A DNA stretch of 64,000 nucleotides from Deltaproteobacteria bacterium (GCA_029262315.1 JAJCZP010000241.1:10470-74469), one strand, 5' to 3'; shown: positions 8,734 through 18,932, counted from the stretch's first letter. Translations and numbers: made by a program. Notes: generated by a model not told the origin, from the letters alone.

Positions 8734-9675
8734 ATGAGCGGAGATGCGGTAGCGTGCGGGTTGTTCTTTCCTCAGGTGGGAACCGACATGCCCGGGCTAC
8801 TCGAGCGTGCGACGGCGTGCGAGCAGAGCGGATTCCACTCGATCTGGCTCGTCGACCACATGTGGGCCCGCGGTTTGCCCGACATGCCGCATCTCGAAAT
8901 CTGGACAGCGCTTTCGGCATTGGCCATGCATACGACGCGTCTCCGGCTCGGATCGTTGGTCCTCTGCAACTCCTACCGAAACCCGGCGCTGGTCGCGAAA
9001 ATGGCCGCGAGTCTGGATCAGATCTCCGGCGGTCGTCTCGAGCTCGGGGTGGGCGCCGGATGGATGGACGAAGAGTACCGCGGCTATGGGTACAATTTCC
9101 CGTCGACGAAGATCCGGATCGAGCAGCTGGACGAAGGTCTGGAAGTCATGCGGCGGCTGTTTACCGAAAGCCGCTCGACGTTCCAGGGGAAGTACTATGC
9201 GCTCGATGACGCGGCGAACTATCCCAAGCCCAGTCAGCAACCCCATCCGCCGATTACGATCGGTGGGGCGGGAGAGCGACTCTTGCTGCGCGTGGTGGCG
9301 AAACACGCCGACCGATGGAACTGCCCGATGAACGCAGCGGCCGAGCTCACGCACAAGTTGGCTATTCTCGGCTCGCACTGCAAAGAGGTGGGGCGCGATC
9401 CGGCCGAGATCACGGTCTCCGAGCAGGTGCTCGTCGTCCTTGGAAAGGATCAGGCGGATTTCGAACAGCGCTGGAAGATGGCGAAGGAGCTGCTCGGCGG
9501 CTTCGCCGATGTCGAGGCCGTTGCTGTTCGCGGGACGCCCGCGCAGGTCGTCGAGGGATTGCAGGCGAAGGTGGACGCGGGGGTACGGCTCTTCACGATG
9601 ATGTTCGGCGACTTCGCGCCCCGGGAGACGATCGAGCTGTTTGGCGAGAAAGTACTGCCGCAGCTCAAGGTGTGA
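8734..9675 (+). CDS. Luciferase-like (LLM class) F420-dependent oxidoreductase.
   Basis: SIWLVDHMW, LGSLVLCNSYRNPALVAKMAASLDQISGGRLELGVGAGW and PPITIGGAGE are typical of LLM F420-dependent oxidoreductases. Confidence 0.8.
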   Translation: MSGDAVACGLFFPQVGTDMPGLLERATACEQSGFHSIWLVDHMWARGLPDMPHLEIWTALSALAMHTTRLRLGSLVLCNSYRNPALVAKMAASLDQISGGRLELGVGAGWMDEEYRGYGYNFPSTKIRIEQLDEGLEVMRRLFTESRSTFQGKYYALDDAANYPKPSQQPHPPITIGGAGERLLLRVVAKHADRWNCPMNAAAELTHKLAILGSHCKEVGRDPAEITVSEQVLVVLGKDQADFEQRWKMAKELLGGFADVEAVAVRGTPAQVVEGLQAKVDAGVRLFTMMFGDFAPRETIELFGEKVLPQLKV

Positions 9676-10618
9676 TCGTCGGCTGCTCCTTGGCCGTCGC
9701 CCGACGACGCTTTTTCGTGCGTGACGAAAGCTGAGGGTCGACCTCGGATTTCAACTCGGCAACGAAGCACTCGACCGCGGGCGCGAAGCGGCGGCCCTGG
9801 CGGTGCACGATGGCGAGAGGTCGGAGGAGTCGCTCGTCGCTGATCTGAATCGCGCACAGGGTCCCATTCTTTACCTCCTGCTTCACGCATGGCTCCGGGA
9901 CCAACGCGAGCCCGACGCCCACCTCCACGACACGCTTGATGGTCTCGATGTTGTCGAGTTCCATGGCGTAGCGAATGGCGACGTTCTTTCCCCGTAAAAC
10001 CCGATCGGTGGCCCGCCGGGTCGGGAGGTCGCGCTCGTAGCCGACGAACTCTTGGCCATCGAGTTCCTGCAAGCGGACGGAGCGGCGGCGGGCGAAGGCG
10101 TGATCGGGCGCGCAAATGAGGACGAGCCGATCCTCGCGAAACGGAATGGTGGCGAGCTGGGGACGCCGCGTCGGATAGGCGACAATACCGATATCGATGC
10201 GTCCGCTCAGGACATCGTCGAACACGCGGCTGGAGCGGCCATACTCGAGATGCACGTTGACCTGCGGGTAGGCCTTGACGAAGCGCTTGAGCGGCTCGGA
10301 GAGCTCGTAGAGTCCCACGCTGTGGACCGTGGCGAGTCGCACGCTGCCGCTCACGACGTTGCCGATGCTCTGCATGCGCTCGCTCAGCTCGCGATACCGG
10401 CCAGTGATGTCTTTGCTGGCCTCGTAGAGGAGCTGGCCCGCTTCGGTGGGTCGGACATGCCCGCGGGTACGCTCGATCAGGGGCTGATCGAAGCGCGTCT
10501 CGAGTGCGCGTACTTGCTGGCTCACCGCGGATTGCGTGATGAAGTTCTGGGAGGCCGCGGCCGAGAAGCTGCCGCTCTCGACGAGGTCGCAGAACACTTG
10601 CAGGGTCTCGAGTTGCAT
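9665..10618 (-). CDS. LysR-family transcriptional regulator.
   Basis: Starts MQLETLQVFCDLVESGSFSAAASQNFITQSAVSQQVRALE, the LysR wHTH. The upstream 114 codons of the track ORF are Arg/Pro/Thr-rich junk. Overlaps the LLM gene 3' end by 11 nt (convergent). Confidence 0.88.
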   Translation of the reverse strand: MQLETLQVFCDLVESGSFSAAASQNFITQSAVSQQVRALETRFDQPLIERTRGHVRPTEAGQLLYEASKDITGRYRELSERMQSIGNVVSGSVRLATVHSVGLYELSEPLKRFVKAYPQVNVHLEYGRSSRVFDDVLSGRIDIGIVAYPTRRPQLATIPFREDRLVLICAPDHAFARRRSVRLQELDGQEFVGYERDLPTRRATDRVLRGKNVAIRYAMELDNIETIKRVVEVGVGLALVPEPCVKQEVKNGTLCAIQISDERLLRPLAIVHRQGRRFAPAVECFVAELKSEVDPQLSSRTKKRRRATAKEQPTITP

Positions 10619-10790
10619 CGCAGTCGATAAGCCTCTCTGATGGATCGCGGCTAGTTCACAGTCAGACTTATAGGTCGGAGGCAAGCATCGCAAGTGAGTG
10701 ACGCGGTGCGGCAGGTCGCCGGTTGCTCTACGCGGTGCTCCTGTGGCCTGATGAGCGCCGCCAAACCGGCATGGAGAGCCCCCCGGCTTC

Positions 10791-11885
10791 ATGCGTACGA
10801 CGATCGTGATCTTGCTCCCCCGGCTCGTGGTGCTCGTGGTGTGCTTGCTCGGCCCCACGCGCGTCACTGCGGCGATGGAGCCGGCACTCAGCTTCGGGCC
10901 CGCATTTCCCGTCTCGGAGGCCATGGCCGAGCGTGTGCGCTTCTGGGTACGGGTGTTCACCGCGGTGTCGGATACACATGTGGTGCTGCATCACCGCGAG
11001 CACCCTGGGATTACCTACGACGTCGTACCCTTGGGTCTTCGCCGGGGCGGGGTCGAGCCGGCGCGCGCTCGCTATGATCGCGTCCTGGCTGCTGTCGCGA
11101 TGGCGGGGATGCAGCCGGAACTCCATCCGCTCTCTCCGGAGCGTGAGCACATCGTCGGCCTGTTCACCGCGCGGGGTCTTGGGCCGCGTAGTGTCGCCCG
11201 CTCGGTCGGGAACATTCGGGCGCAGCGCGGTCTTCGCGAGAGCTTCGCGGTGGGTCTGACACGCGCGGCGCTCTATCTCCCGAAGATCCGACCCATCCTT
11301 CGTGCCGCCGGCCTGCCCGTCGAACTCGCGTATCTTCCCCACGTGGAGTCGTCCTTCAATCCGAACGCTGTCTCCCGTTCCGGTGCGGTCGGGCTCTGGC
11401 AGCTGACGAGACCGACCGCGCGCCAGTATCTGACGGTCCAGGGTCGACGCGACGAGCGCTACGATCCCGTGCGCGCGACCGAGGCGGCCGCGCGTCATCT
11501 TCGGCACGCGCACACCGTGCTCGGGAATTGGCCGCTCGCGGTGACGGCATACAACCACGGCGTGCCCGGCATCCGTCGGGCACAGGCGCGCGCAGGGAGC
11601 AACCTCGACGATGTATTGCGCGGCTATTCGAGCGCCGCGTTCGGGTTCGCCTCCAAGAATTTCTATGCCGAGTTCCTTGCGGCCGTGCATGTGGCCTCGC
11701 ACGTGAAGGAATACTTCCCCGCCCTGGAGCTGAAGCCCTACCTCGAATATCGCGTTCGGCGGGGTGACTCGTTGTGGACGATTGCCCGCCGTCATCGTGT
11801 ATCCGTGCGGACGTTGATGGTCGTCAACAGCCTTCACGGAACCACGATTCGCGAAGGACAACGCCTGGTCATCGCGTCGTCGTGA
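10791..11885 (+). CDS. MltD-like lytic transglycosylase (SLT domain) with a C-terminal LysM domain.
   Basis: Signal peptide. SLT motif PHVESSFNPNAVSRSGAVGLWQL. C-terminal LysM YRVRRGDSLWTIARRHRVSVRTLMVVNSL. Confidence 0.82.
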   Translation: MRTTIVILLPRLVVLVVCLLGPTRVTAAMEPALSFGPAFPVSEAMAERVRFWVRVFTAVSDTHVVLHHREHPGITYDVVPLGLRRGGVEPARARYDRVLAAVAMAGMQPELHPLSPEREHIVGLFTARGLGPRSVARSVGNIRAQRGLRESFAVGLTRAALYLPKIRPILRAAGLPVELAYLPHVESSFNPNAVSRSGAVGLWQLTRPTARQYLTVQGRRDERYDPVRATEAAARHLRHAHTVLGNWPLAVTAYNHGVPGIRRAQARAGSNLDDVLRGYSSAAFGFASKNFYAEFLAAVHVASHVKEYFPALELKPYLEYRVRRGDSLWTIARRHRVSVRTLMVVNSLHGTTIREGQRLVIASS

Positions 11886-11889
11886 CTCG

Positions 11890-12402
11890 CTAGTCGGGGA
11901 AGGCGGCGAGCATGTGACGATACGTGCGGAAGGCGAGCGCGCCGTCCGGACAGCAGCGTTCTTCGGCAAGGATTCGCTCGGCGGAGGCGACCGAGACGAA
12001 CGCGCCGCGCGCGATTTCGTCCTCCTGAAGCGTCACCGGGCCGTCGTGAATTGCGAAGAAGACCGCGCCAAGCAGCCGCGTTGCGGCATCTTCGTAGCGC
12101 AGGGGGCCGAGCGCGCAGAGGGGGGTCACGATGCCCAGTTCCTCACCCAGCTCGCGGCTCGCGGCGTGGGCGTAGCTCTCGCCGCTCCCGACGACCCCGC
12201 CCACCGTGACGTCCCAGTGTGACGGATAGACGTCCTTCGTCACCGTGCGTTGGTGAACGAAGAGCTGCCCGCTGGGGTTGGCGACGAAGATGTAGACGGC
12301 GCGGTGCAGCAGATTTCGCGCTCGCATGTCGCGTCGGTCGGCGCGTCCGACGATACGGTCGGCGTCGTCGACGAGGTCGATCAGCTCGCGTTCGAACGGC
12401 AT
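11890..12402 (-). CDS. NUDIX hydrolase.
   Basis: NUDIX box GGVVGSGESYAHAASRELGEELGI. Confidence 0.8.
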   Translation of the reverse strand: MPFERELIDLVDDADRIVGRADRRDMRARNLLHRAVYIFVANPSGQLFVHQRTVTKDVYPSHWDVTVGGVVGSGESYAHAASRELGEELGIVTPLCALGPLRYEDAATRLLGAVFFAIHDGPVTLQEDEIARGAFVSVASAERILAEERCCPDGALAFRTYRHMLAAFPD

Positions 12403-12421
12403 TTCGTGCTAGCGACGGCGC

Positions 12422-12640
12422 GTGCCGATTACGCTGTACGTGTGCGCCGACGGCCCCCATTGCGCCGCCATGCGGGCGGAGCTGCGGCGGCGGGGGGCCT
12501 CCTTTGGCGAGGTGGATGTGTCAGCGCGGCCGGACGCCATACCGGAGTTGCTGAAGCTCACGGGTGGGAAGCGCGTCGTTCCCGTACTCGTGGACGGGGT
12601 GCGGATCAGCATCGCTCCCGACGGAGCCGACTCGTTCTAG
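12422..12640 (+). CDS. Small glutaredoxin/NrdH-like thioredoxin-fold protein with an atypical Cys spacing.
   Basis: 72 aa, GTG start. ITLYVCADGPHCAAMRAEL...VVPVLVDG matches the glutaredoxin layout, but with C-x5-C in place of CPxC. Confidence 0.55.
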   Translation: MPITLYVCADGPHCAAMRAELRRRGASFGEVDVSARPDAIPELLKLTGGKRVVPVLVDGVRISIAPDGADSF

Positions 12641-12688
12641 TGGTCGACTGCGTCTGGTCGAGGTCGCGTAGATCGAGATACGTCAGGG

Positions 12689-13195
12689 CTACTGGCGCCT
12701 GGAGCTTCGTCGCTCGCGTTTGTGCGCAGTGTAGTTCGTGGTCAGCGCGGTGATCAGCTGTTCGGCGCGTTCGGCGCCGCCGACCAGTGTTTCGATCTCC
12801 GCCGTGTGCGCGGCCAATACCTGCTTTCGACCGTTTCGCAATCGGGCGTCGATTCCCACCGCACGCCGCCGCAAGGCGCTGAGTTCGTCGATGTCCGCTT
12901 TGTGCTGGGCCACGAAATCGCGGTGTAGGCTCTCGAGCGCCGTGATCACGCGCTCGCGCTCCGTCAGGACGACGTCGAGCTCCTGTGCTTGCCGCTTGAT
13001 GGTGTCGGATGCACGTCGGTCCTTGAGGATCCGACTCGTGACCCGCCGCGCGCGTTTGACCTGCGTTTCCTGTCGGTGCAGCTCGCGGCGCCCGTTGGAG
13101 CGGCGGGCGCGCGAGAGTGAGATATCGGCGCCGATCACCAGCACGAGCAGCGCCGTCGTTACAGCAATGACCGGACCTCGCCAACGTTGGATCAT
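12689..13195 (-). CDS. Hypothetical membrane-anchored coiled-coil protein.
   Basis: N-terminal TM helix (VIAVTTALLVLVIG) followed by about 140 aa of charged, heptad-like sequence. The start abuts the stop of the upstream gene (TAGATG). Confidence 0.5.
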   Translation of the reverse strand: MIQRWRGPVIAVTTALLVLVIGADISLSRARRSNGRRELHRQETQVKRARRVTSRILKDRRASDTIKRQAQELDVVLTERERVITALESLHRDFVAQHKADIDELSALRRRAVGIDARLRNGRKQVLAAHTAEIETLVGGAERAEQLITALTTNYTAHKRERRSSRRQ

Positions 13196-13603
13196 CTAGC
13201 GATCTCCTTCCTCACTCGGAAACGCCGACTGCCAGAACTCGACCGCGCGGACGTAGTGGATCATGCTCGGAAACTCCAGAATCTTTGTGCTGTCCGGAAA
13301 CGCTACTTCGGGTGCGTATTTGTCCTTGCGAACTGCCCTGACGAGTATGTCGAGGTCGCGCAGGATGGCGTCGGTGTCCGCCTCGTCATCCTCGGCCGGG
13401 CCCTTGGGATCGAGCGGGGACGCCCGATCTTCCGCCGCCTCGATCACGGGCTCTTCGACAGGCTCTTCGGCGACAGGTGCGCTCGCGACGGGTACCCCCG
13501 GCGCCGAGTTTTCAGGGGTGGGCGCGCCGAGGCGCACCACGACCCAGCCCGCAAGCGCGGCGCCGGCAACGATGGCGAGCAGTATCTTGATGTCACGTGT
13601 CAC
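13196..13603 (-). CDS. Hypothetical membrane-anchored protein with a Pro/Glu-rich linker.
   Basis: N-terminal TM helix (ILLAIVAGAALAGWVVV), a PVASAPVAEEPVEEPV linker, and a small C-terminal domain. Codon usage fits the local pattern. Confidence 0.5.
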   Translation of the reverse strand: MTRDIKILLAIVAGAALAGWVVVRLGAPTPENSAPGVPVASAPVAEEPVEEPVIEAAEDRASPLDPKGPAEDDEADTDAILRDLDILVRAVRKDKYAPEVAFPDSTKILEFPSMIHYVRAVEFWQSAFPSEEGDR

Positions 13604-13729
13604 GAGATTCGACCCAACCGGAATGCTCCTGAAGTTTGGGGCCCTGTCGGGAGCCTGTCAAGTATGGCGGGCGACATCTGGAAATCGGCAGGTCGATCCG
13701 CTAGCGTAATCCGCCGGTGCGTTGAACTC

Positions 13730-14014
13730 ATGTTGGATTCCGCGAAGCGGCTTTTCCTGCGTCTGGGCGACCGTGTCCAGCACGCCACTCACGATGGGTG
13801 GGGGATGGGGGCCGTGGTCGAGGTCATGACGTCAGTCGTTCCGGGGGGCACCTGTTTGGTACGGGTGTTGTTCGAGGACGGCAAGCAGCGCACTTTCAAC
13901 AATGACCTCGATAGCGACATGTGCTGCGCGCGTTTCGGCGTGCAAAAGTTCTGGAAGCTCGGCTTCGAGGGATTCGCTCGCGCGCCGCATCGGCCACGCC
14001 TCAACGGTCGTTGA
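13730..14014 (+). CDS. Small hypothetical protein, possibly DUF3553-like.
   Basis: LGDRVQHATHDGWGMGAVVEV...VLFEDGKQRTF resembles the small DUF3553 motif (from memory). The start is uncertain; an alternative ATG lies at 13664. The upstream part of the 275-aa track ORF is antisense to the two genes above. Confidence 0.35.
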   Translation: MLDSAKRLFLRLGDRVQHATHDGWGMGAVVEVMTSVVPGGTCLVRVLFEDGKQRTFNNDLDSDMCCARFGVQKFWKLGFEGFARAPHRPRLNGR

Positions 14015-14074
14015 TCATCGCGGACTATCTCGCTCCTTGGATCGCATGAGAACGACGAGCCAGCGCGCCTCGGG

Positions 14075-16906
14075 GTGCCGATGAGTAAGGACGGGGCACC
14101 GAACTTCAAGGCGACCCTCAATCTTCCGAGCACGAGCTTTCCGATGCGAGGGAACTTGCCCGGGCGTGAACCGGAGATTCTGGCGAAGTGGGCCGAAGAT
14201 CGGGTGTACGAGCGTGTGCTCGAGGCACGAGCGGCGAGTCCACGCTATCTGCTTCACGACGGCCCTCCCTATGCCAACGGGAACATCCACATCGGGCACG
14301 CGCTGAACAAGATCATCAAAGACATCATCGTCAAGTACAAGACCATGCGTGGTTACCTGGCGCCCTACGTACCGGGCTGGGACTGCCATGGGCTGCCGAT
14401 CGAGCTCGAGGTGGAGAAGAAGCTCGGTCGCGCGAAGAAGGCCGCGCTCGGCAAGGTCGAGGTGCGTCGTCTGTGTCGCGAATACGCGACGCGGTTCGTC
14501 GACATCCAACGGAAGGACTTCGAGCGGTTGGGCGTGTTCGGCGATTGGGCGAATCCGTATCTGACCATGCGTGGTGCGTACTCGGCGCGAGAACTCCGGG
14601 AACTCGCAACGTTCGCGGAGAACGGCGATCTGTATCGTGGCAAGAAGCCCGTGCACTGGTGCGCGTCGTGTCAGACGGCACTGGCCGAGGCCGAGGTCGA
14701 ATACAAAGACGCGACCACCGATTCGATCTACGTCACCTTTCCGCTGATTGAACCCCACCCCGCGGCGCTTCCCGACATCGGTGGGCGTCCGGTTGCGGCC
14801 GTCATCTGGACGACGACTCCGTGGACCCTCCCTGCGAACCTCGCGATCGCCGTGCATCCCGACTTCGAGTACGTGTTGGTCGAAGGGACCGACGAGCAGG
14901 TGCTCCTCGTCGCGCGCGAGATGCTCCCCCGATTGGCGGCCTTTGTTGGAGAGGCTCCCTCCGTGCTCGGAACCATGACGGGCCGAGCGCTCGATGGCCT
15001 CCGGACGCGCCACCCCTGGATCGACCGTGAGTCACCGGTGATTCTCGGCGAACACGTGACGCTCGAGGTTGGTACGGGGCTCGTCCACACCGCGCCGGGC
15101 CATGGTCAGGACGACTACGAGGTCGGCCTCCGTTACGGTCTCGACATCTATAACCCGGTAGACGACCGGGGGCGTTTCGTCGCGGACCTGCCGGATTTCG
15201 GCGGGCTCGCGGTTCTCGACGCGAACCCGCGCATCATCGAACATCTGCGCGACCAGGGTCGCCTGCTCGGTGCGGAATCGATGAACCACTCGTATCCGCA
15301 CTGCTGGCGCTGTCGGAATCCGGTGATCTTTCGTGCGACCGAGCAGTGGTTCGTGTCGATGGAGAAGACCGATCTTCGCACGCGTGCGTTGGCGGCCATC
15401 GAGCAGGTCACGTGGGTGCCACGCTGGGGGAGGGAGCGCATTCGCGGCATGGTCAACACGCGGCCCGACTGGTGTGTTTCCCGACAGCGCGTCTGGGGTG
15501 TTCCGATCGTCGCCGTACGTTGCGAGGGCTGCGGCGACGTACAGACCAGTGCCGAGCTGTTGCGCCACGTCGCGGACATTTTCGCCGAAGAGACGGCCGA
15601 CGCCTGGTTCGCGCGTGCCGTGGACGACCTGCTGCCGGCGGGCTACGCGTGCCGGAGTTGCGGCGGTACGACGCTCGCGAAGGAAGAGGACATTCTCGAC
15701 GTCTGGTTCGACTCCGGGGTGAGCTTCTCCGCCGTGGTCGAAGAGCGTGCGGACCTGGGTGGACGCGCGGACCTCTACGTCGAGGGGAGCGATCAGCACC
15801 GCGGATGGTTCCAGAGCGCGTTGCTCACGTCGGTGGCGACACGCGGCTCGGCGCCGTTCGGGACGGTCCTCACCCACGGGTTCATCCTCGCCGATGATGG
15901 CCGCAAGATGTCGAAGTCGGTGGGCAACGTGATCGCTCCACAAGAGGTGGTCAAGAAGCACGGCGCCGACATCCTGCGCCTCTGGGTGGCGGCCGAAGAC
16001 TACCGGAACGACATCCGCATCTCGCCCGAGATCATCACCCAGGCAGCTGACGCCTATCGGCGGATTCGCAATACGGCGCGCTTCCTCCTCGGCAACCTCG
16101 CGGATTTCGACCCGAGCCGGGATCGGGTACCGGATGCCGAGCTCCTCGAGATCGACCGTTTCGTGCTCGATCGCTTGCAACAGCTCATCGAGCACTGCCG
16201 CGGCGCCTATGACGACTTCGAGTTCCATGTCGTCTTCCACGCACTCAATAACTTCTGCAGTGTCGATCTCTCTGCGCTCTATCTCGACATCGCCAAGGAC
16301 CGGCTGTACTGCGAAGCCGCGGATTCGAAGGAGCGCCGCTCGGGTCAGACGGCGCTGTACGCGCTTCTCGACGGCATGGTGCGGCTGATGGCGCCGATCC
16401 TCGCCTTTACGGCGGAGGACATCTGGCGGCACATGCCTGCCGATGCCGCGCGACCGGCGAGCGTGCACGAGGCGGAATTCCCGAGTGTCGATCCCGCGCG
16501 GCGCGTTCCGGATCTCGCCCAGGAGTGGGATCAACTGATCGAAGTGCGAAACGCGGTCACCAAGACGCTCGAAGGGCTCCGGCAAGGTGGTGAGATCAAG
16601 CACTCACTCGAGGCGCACGTCGTTCTGGCGCCGAATGCGGCGCTGGCACCGGTGCTCGCCGCCCGCGCGGAGCAGCTTGCGGACCTGCTCATTGTTTCGC
16701 GTGTGGATCTCGATCCGGCCGATAGCATTGGCGCGCCAGTCCTGCCGCCCGGGATCGCGGTCTCGGCGCGACGCGCGGAGGGTGCGAAGTGTCCGCGGTG
16801 CTGGAACTATCGGACCGATGGTGGCGCCAATCCCACGTTTGCCGATCTCTGCGGGCGTTGTGCCGGGGTGCTCGCAGTGACGGGCGCCGAGCCGACGACA
16901 TCGTGA
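14075..16906 (+). CDS. ileS: Isoleucine--tRNA ligase.
   Basis: HIGH motif (NIHIGHALNK), KMSKS motif, C-terminal zinc-binding CPRCW...CGRC; 943 aa. Confidence 0.97.
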   Translation: MPMSKDGAPNFKATLNLPSTSFPMRGNLPGREPEILAKWAEDRVYERVLEARAASPRYLLHDGPPYANGNIHIGHALNKIIKDIIVKYKTMRGYLAPYVPGWDCHGLPIELEVEKKLGRAKKAALGKVEVRRLCREYATRFVDIQRKDFERLGVFGDWANPYLTMRGAYSARELRELATFAENGDLYRGKKPVHWCASCQTALAEAEVEYKDATTDSIYVTFPLIEPHPAALPDIGGRPVAAVIWTTTPWTLPANLAIAVHPDFEYVLVEGTDEQVLLVAREMLPRLAAFVGEAPSVLGTMTGRALDGLRTRHPWIDRESPVILGEHVTLEVGTGLVHTAPGHGQDDYEVGLRYGLDIYNPVDDRGRFVADLPDFGGLAVLDANPRIIEHLRDQGRLLGAESMNHSYPHCWRCRNPVIFRATEQWFVSMEKTDLRTRALAAIEQVTWVPRWGRERIRGMVNTRPDWCVSRQRVWGVPIVAVRCEGCGDVQTSAELLRHVADIFAEETADAWFARAVDDLLPAGYACRSCGGTTLAKEEDILDVWFDSGVSFSAVVEERADLGGRADLYVEGSDQHRGWFQSALLTSVATRGSAPFGTVLTHGFILADDGRKMSKSVGNVIAPQEVVKKHGADILRLWVAAEDYRNDIRISPEIITQAADAYRRIRNTARFLLGNLADFDPSRDRVPDAELLEIDRFVLDRLQQLIEHCRGAYDDFEFHVVFHALNNFCSVDLSALYLDIAKDRLYCEAADSKERRSGQTALYALLDGMVRLMAPILAFTAEDIWRHMPADAARPASVHEAEFPSVDPARRVPDLAQEWDQLIEVRNAVTKTLEGLRQGGEIKHSLEAHVVLAPNAALAPVLAARAEQLADLLIVSRVDLDPADSIGAPVLPPGIAVSARRAEGAKCPRCWNYRTDGGANPTFADLCGRCAGVLAVTGAEPTTS

Positions 16907-17412
16907 GGGCGAAGTGGCTGGTGACCATCGGGGTCGCCGTGACCGTCGTCCTTCTCGATCAATGGACCAAAGTGCTGGTGCACGAGCGGATGACGTTGCA
17001 CGAATCGATTCCGATCATCGAGGACTTCTTCTCTCTGACCTATGTCCGCAATACGGGTGCCGCGTTCGGGATTCTCGCCGGGAAGCTGTCCGCCTCACTG
17101 CGCGTTCCGTTCTTCCTCATCACCTCTGGGCTCGCGGTTGGGCTGCTGATCTGGTTCTTGCGCCAGGTGCCGGCGAATCGTCCAGGAATCGTCGCCGCCT
17201 GCGGTGGGGTTCTCGGCGGCGCGCTCGGGAACATGATCGACCGTTTCCGCCTGGGCGAGGTCATCGACTTTCTCGACGTCTACGTGGGTGCGTATCACTG
17301 GCCGACATTCAATGTCGCCGACTCCGCGATTACGGTCGGCGTGATTCTGTTGTGTTTCGATTCGCTTCGGAGCGAGCCCGCCAGCGTTGAACCTGACGTG
17401 GCGCCGGAATGA
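16903..17412 (+). CDS. lspA: Lipoprotein signal peptidase II.
   Basis: The GTG start overlaps the ileS stop (GTGA). LLDQWTKVLV, NTGAAFG and FNVADSAITVG motifs. This is the classical ileS-lspA arrangement. Confidence 0.9.
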   Translation: MRAKWLVTIGVAVTVVLLDQWTKVLVHERMTLHESIPIIEDFFSLTYVRNTGAAFGILAGKLSASLRVPFFLITSGLAVGLLIWFLRQVPANRPGIVAACGGVLGGALGNMIDRFRLGEVIDFLDVYVGAYHWPTFNVADSAITVGVILLCFDSLRSEPASVEPDVAPE

Positions 17413-17416
17413 AAAA

Positions 17417-17445
17417 GGGGCAGGCCCCGCATGGGAGCCTGCCCC
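17417..17445. terminator. Hairpin between the convergent lspA and glnA genes.
   Basis: GGGGCAGGC (17417-17425) pairs with GCCTGCCCC (17437-17445), with an 11-nt loop. It is preceded by AAAAA on the plus strand. Confidence 0.6.
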
Positions 17446-17471
17446 TGAATCATCGTGCGAGTGCTGCGTCT

Positions 17472-18887
17472 TTAAACGTCGTAGTACAGTGCGAACTCGT
17501 ACGGGTGCGGTCGGAGCCGAAGCGGGTCGACCTCATTCGTGCGCTTGTACTCGATCCATGTCTCCACGACGTCCTCGGTGAATACGTCACCCTTGAGCAG
17601 AAACTCGTGATCCTTCGCGAGGCACTCGAGCGCATCCTCGAGTGATCCTGGCACCGAAGGGACGTCCGCAAGCTCTTCGGGCGTGAGCGCGTAGATGTCC
17701 TTGTCGAGAGGATCGCCGGGATCGATACGCTTCTCGATGCCGTCGAGTCCAGCCATCAACATTGCCGCGAATGCGAGGTAGCCGTTGCACGAAGCATCCG
17801 GGAACCGGACCTCGACGCGCTTGGCTTTCGGCGAGGGCGAATACATCGGGATGCGGCACGCCGCGGAGCGATTCCGCGACGAGTACGCCAGGTTGACCGG
17901 CGCCTCGAAACCCGGGACCAGACGACGGTAGCTGTTGGACGTTGGATTCGAGAAGGCACAGATTGCGCGGGCATGCTTCAGGATACCGCCGATGTAGTGC
18001 ATGCCGAGCTCGCTGAAACCGCCATAGCCGTCGCCGGCGAACAGTGGCTTGTCGCCCTTCCAGATCGACTGGTGGACGTGCATACCCGAGCCGTTGTCAC
18101 CGAAGATGGGCTTCGGCATGAAGGTCGCCGTCTTGCCGTGCCGACGGGCGACGTTCTTGACGCAGTACTTGTACCACATGAGGGCGTCGCCCATCTTGAC
18201 CAGAGATAGGTAGCGGAGATCAATCTCTGCCTGTCCGGCCGTTGCGACCTCGTGGTGCTGCTTTTCGACGTGCAGGCCGACCTTCTCCATGGCGACGACC
18301 ATCTCCTGACGGATGTCCATCATCGAGTCGGTCGGCGCGACTGGAAAGTAGCCCTCTTTGTAGCGAGGCTTGTACGCCAGGTTCGGTGCCTCGTCTCGTC
18401 CCGTATTCCAGCGGCCCTCGGTCGAGTCGACGTGGTAGAACGCTTCGTGTTCGTTCTGATCGAAGCGGACGTCGTCGAAGATGAAGAACTCGGGCTCCGG
18501 TCCAAAATAGACCGTGTCGCCGATCCCGGTCGACTTGAGGTAGCCCTCAGCCTTGCGGGCCACCGCGCGCGGATCGCGCGAGTAGTCTTCCTTGGTGATC
18601 GGATCGGCGATGTCGCAGATCAGCGACAACGTCGGGTAGGCCGTGAACGGATCCATGACGGCAGTCGAAGGATCCGGGATGACGAGCATGTCTGAGGCGT
18701 GGATCGGCTGCCAGCCGCGAATCGACGATCCGTCGAATCCCAAGCCCGACTCGAACACATCGTCTTCGAGCTCGCTCATCGGCGTCGTGAAATGCTGCCA
18801 AGTTCCCAGAAAGTCCAAGAACTTGAAATCCACTGCGACCGTCTTCTGCTCCTTTGCGAGCTTGATGACGTCCTTGGCGGTACTCAT
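17472..18887 (-). CDS. glnA: Glutamine synthetase type I.
   Basis: 471 aa. Motifs [18 protein letters not shown] and [14 protein letters not shown]. Confidence 0.96.
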   Translation of the reverse strand: MSTAKDVIKLAKEQKTVAVDFKFLDFLGTWQHFTTPMSELEDDVFESGLGFDGSSIRGWQPIHASDMLVIPDPSTAVMDPFTAYPTLSLICDIADPITKEDYSRDPRAVARKAEGYLKSTGIGDTVYFGPEPEFFIFDDVRFDQNEHEAFYHVDSTEGRWNTGRDEAPNLAYKPRYKEGYFPVAPTDSMMDIRQEMVVAMEKVGLHVEKQHHEVATAGQAEIDLRYLSLVKMGDALMWYKYCVKNVARRHGKTATFMPKPIFGDNGSGMHVHQSIWKGDKPLFAGDGYGGFSELGMHYIGGILKHARAICAFSNPTSNSYRRLVPGFEAPVNLAYSSRNRSAACRIPMYSPSPKAKRVEVRFPDASCNGYLAFAAMLMAGLDGIEKRIDPGDPLDKDIYALTPEELADVPSVPGSLEDALECLAKDHEFLLKGDVFTEDVVETWIEYKRTNEVDPLRLRPHPYEFALYYDV

Positions 18888-18932
18888 ATGCTGTTTCCCT
18901 CCTTGTGGAATACGCGGGTGGTTCGGATGGCG

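Noticed and set aside
10619-10960. A 114-codon N-terminal extension of the LysR regulator ORF.
   Set aside because: The LysR wHTH begins exactly at the internal ATG (10618). The extension is low-complexity (Thr/Arg/Gly/Pro) and would overlap the divergent mltD-like start region.
13187-13729. The upstream 180 codons of the 275-aa plus-strand ORF.
   Set aside because: This part is antisense to two better-formed minus-strand genes with TM helices, and its translated sequence is Arg-rich with no features. Only the last ~95 codons look like a plausible small protein.
15032-16603. A 523-aa minus-strand ORF. The same applies to 58227-60077 (616 aa), 52750-53712 and 56839-57909.
   Set aside because: All are antisense to highly conserved genes (ileS, uvrA, mfd, phosphomannomutase). 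They are GC-driven open frames, not genes.
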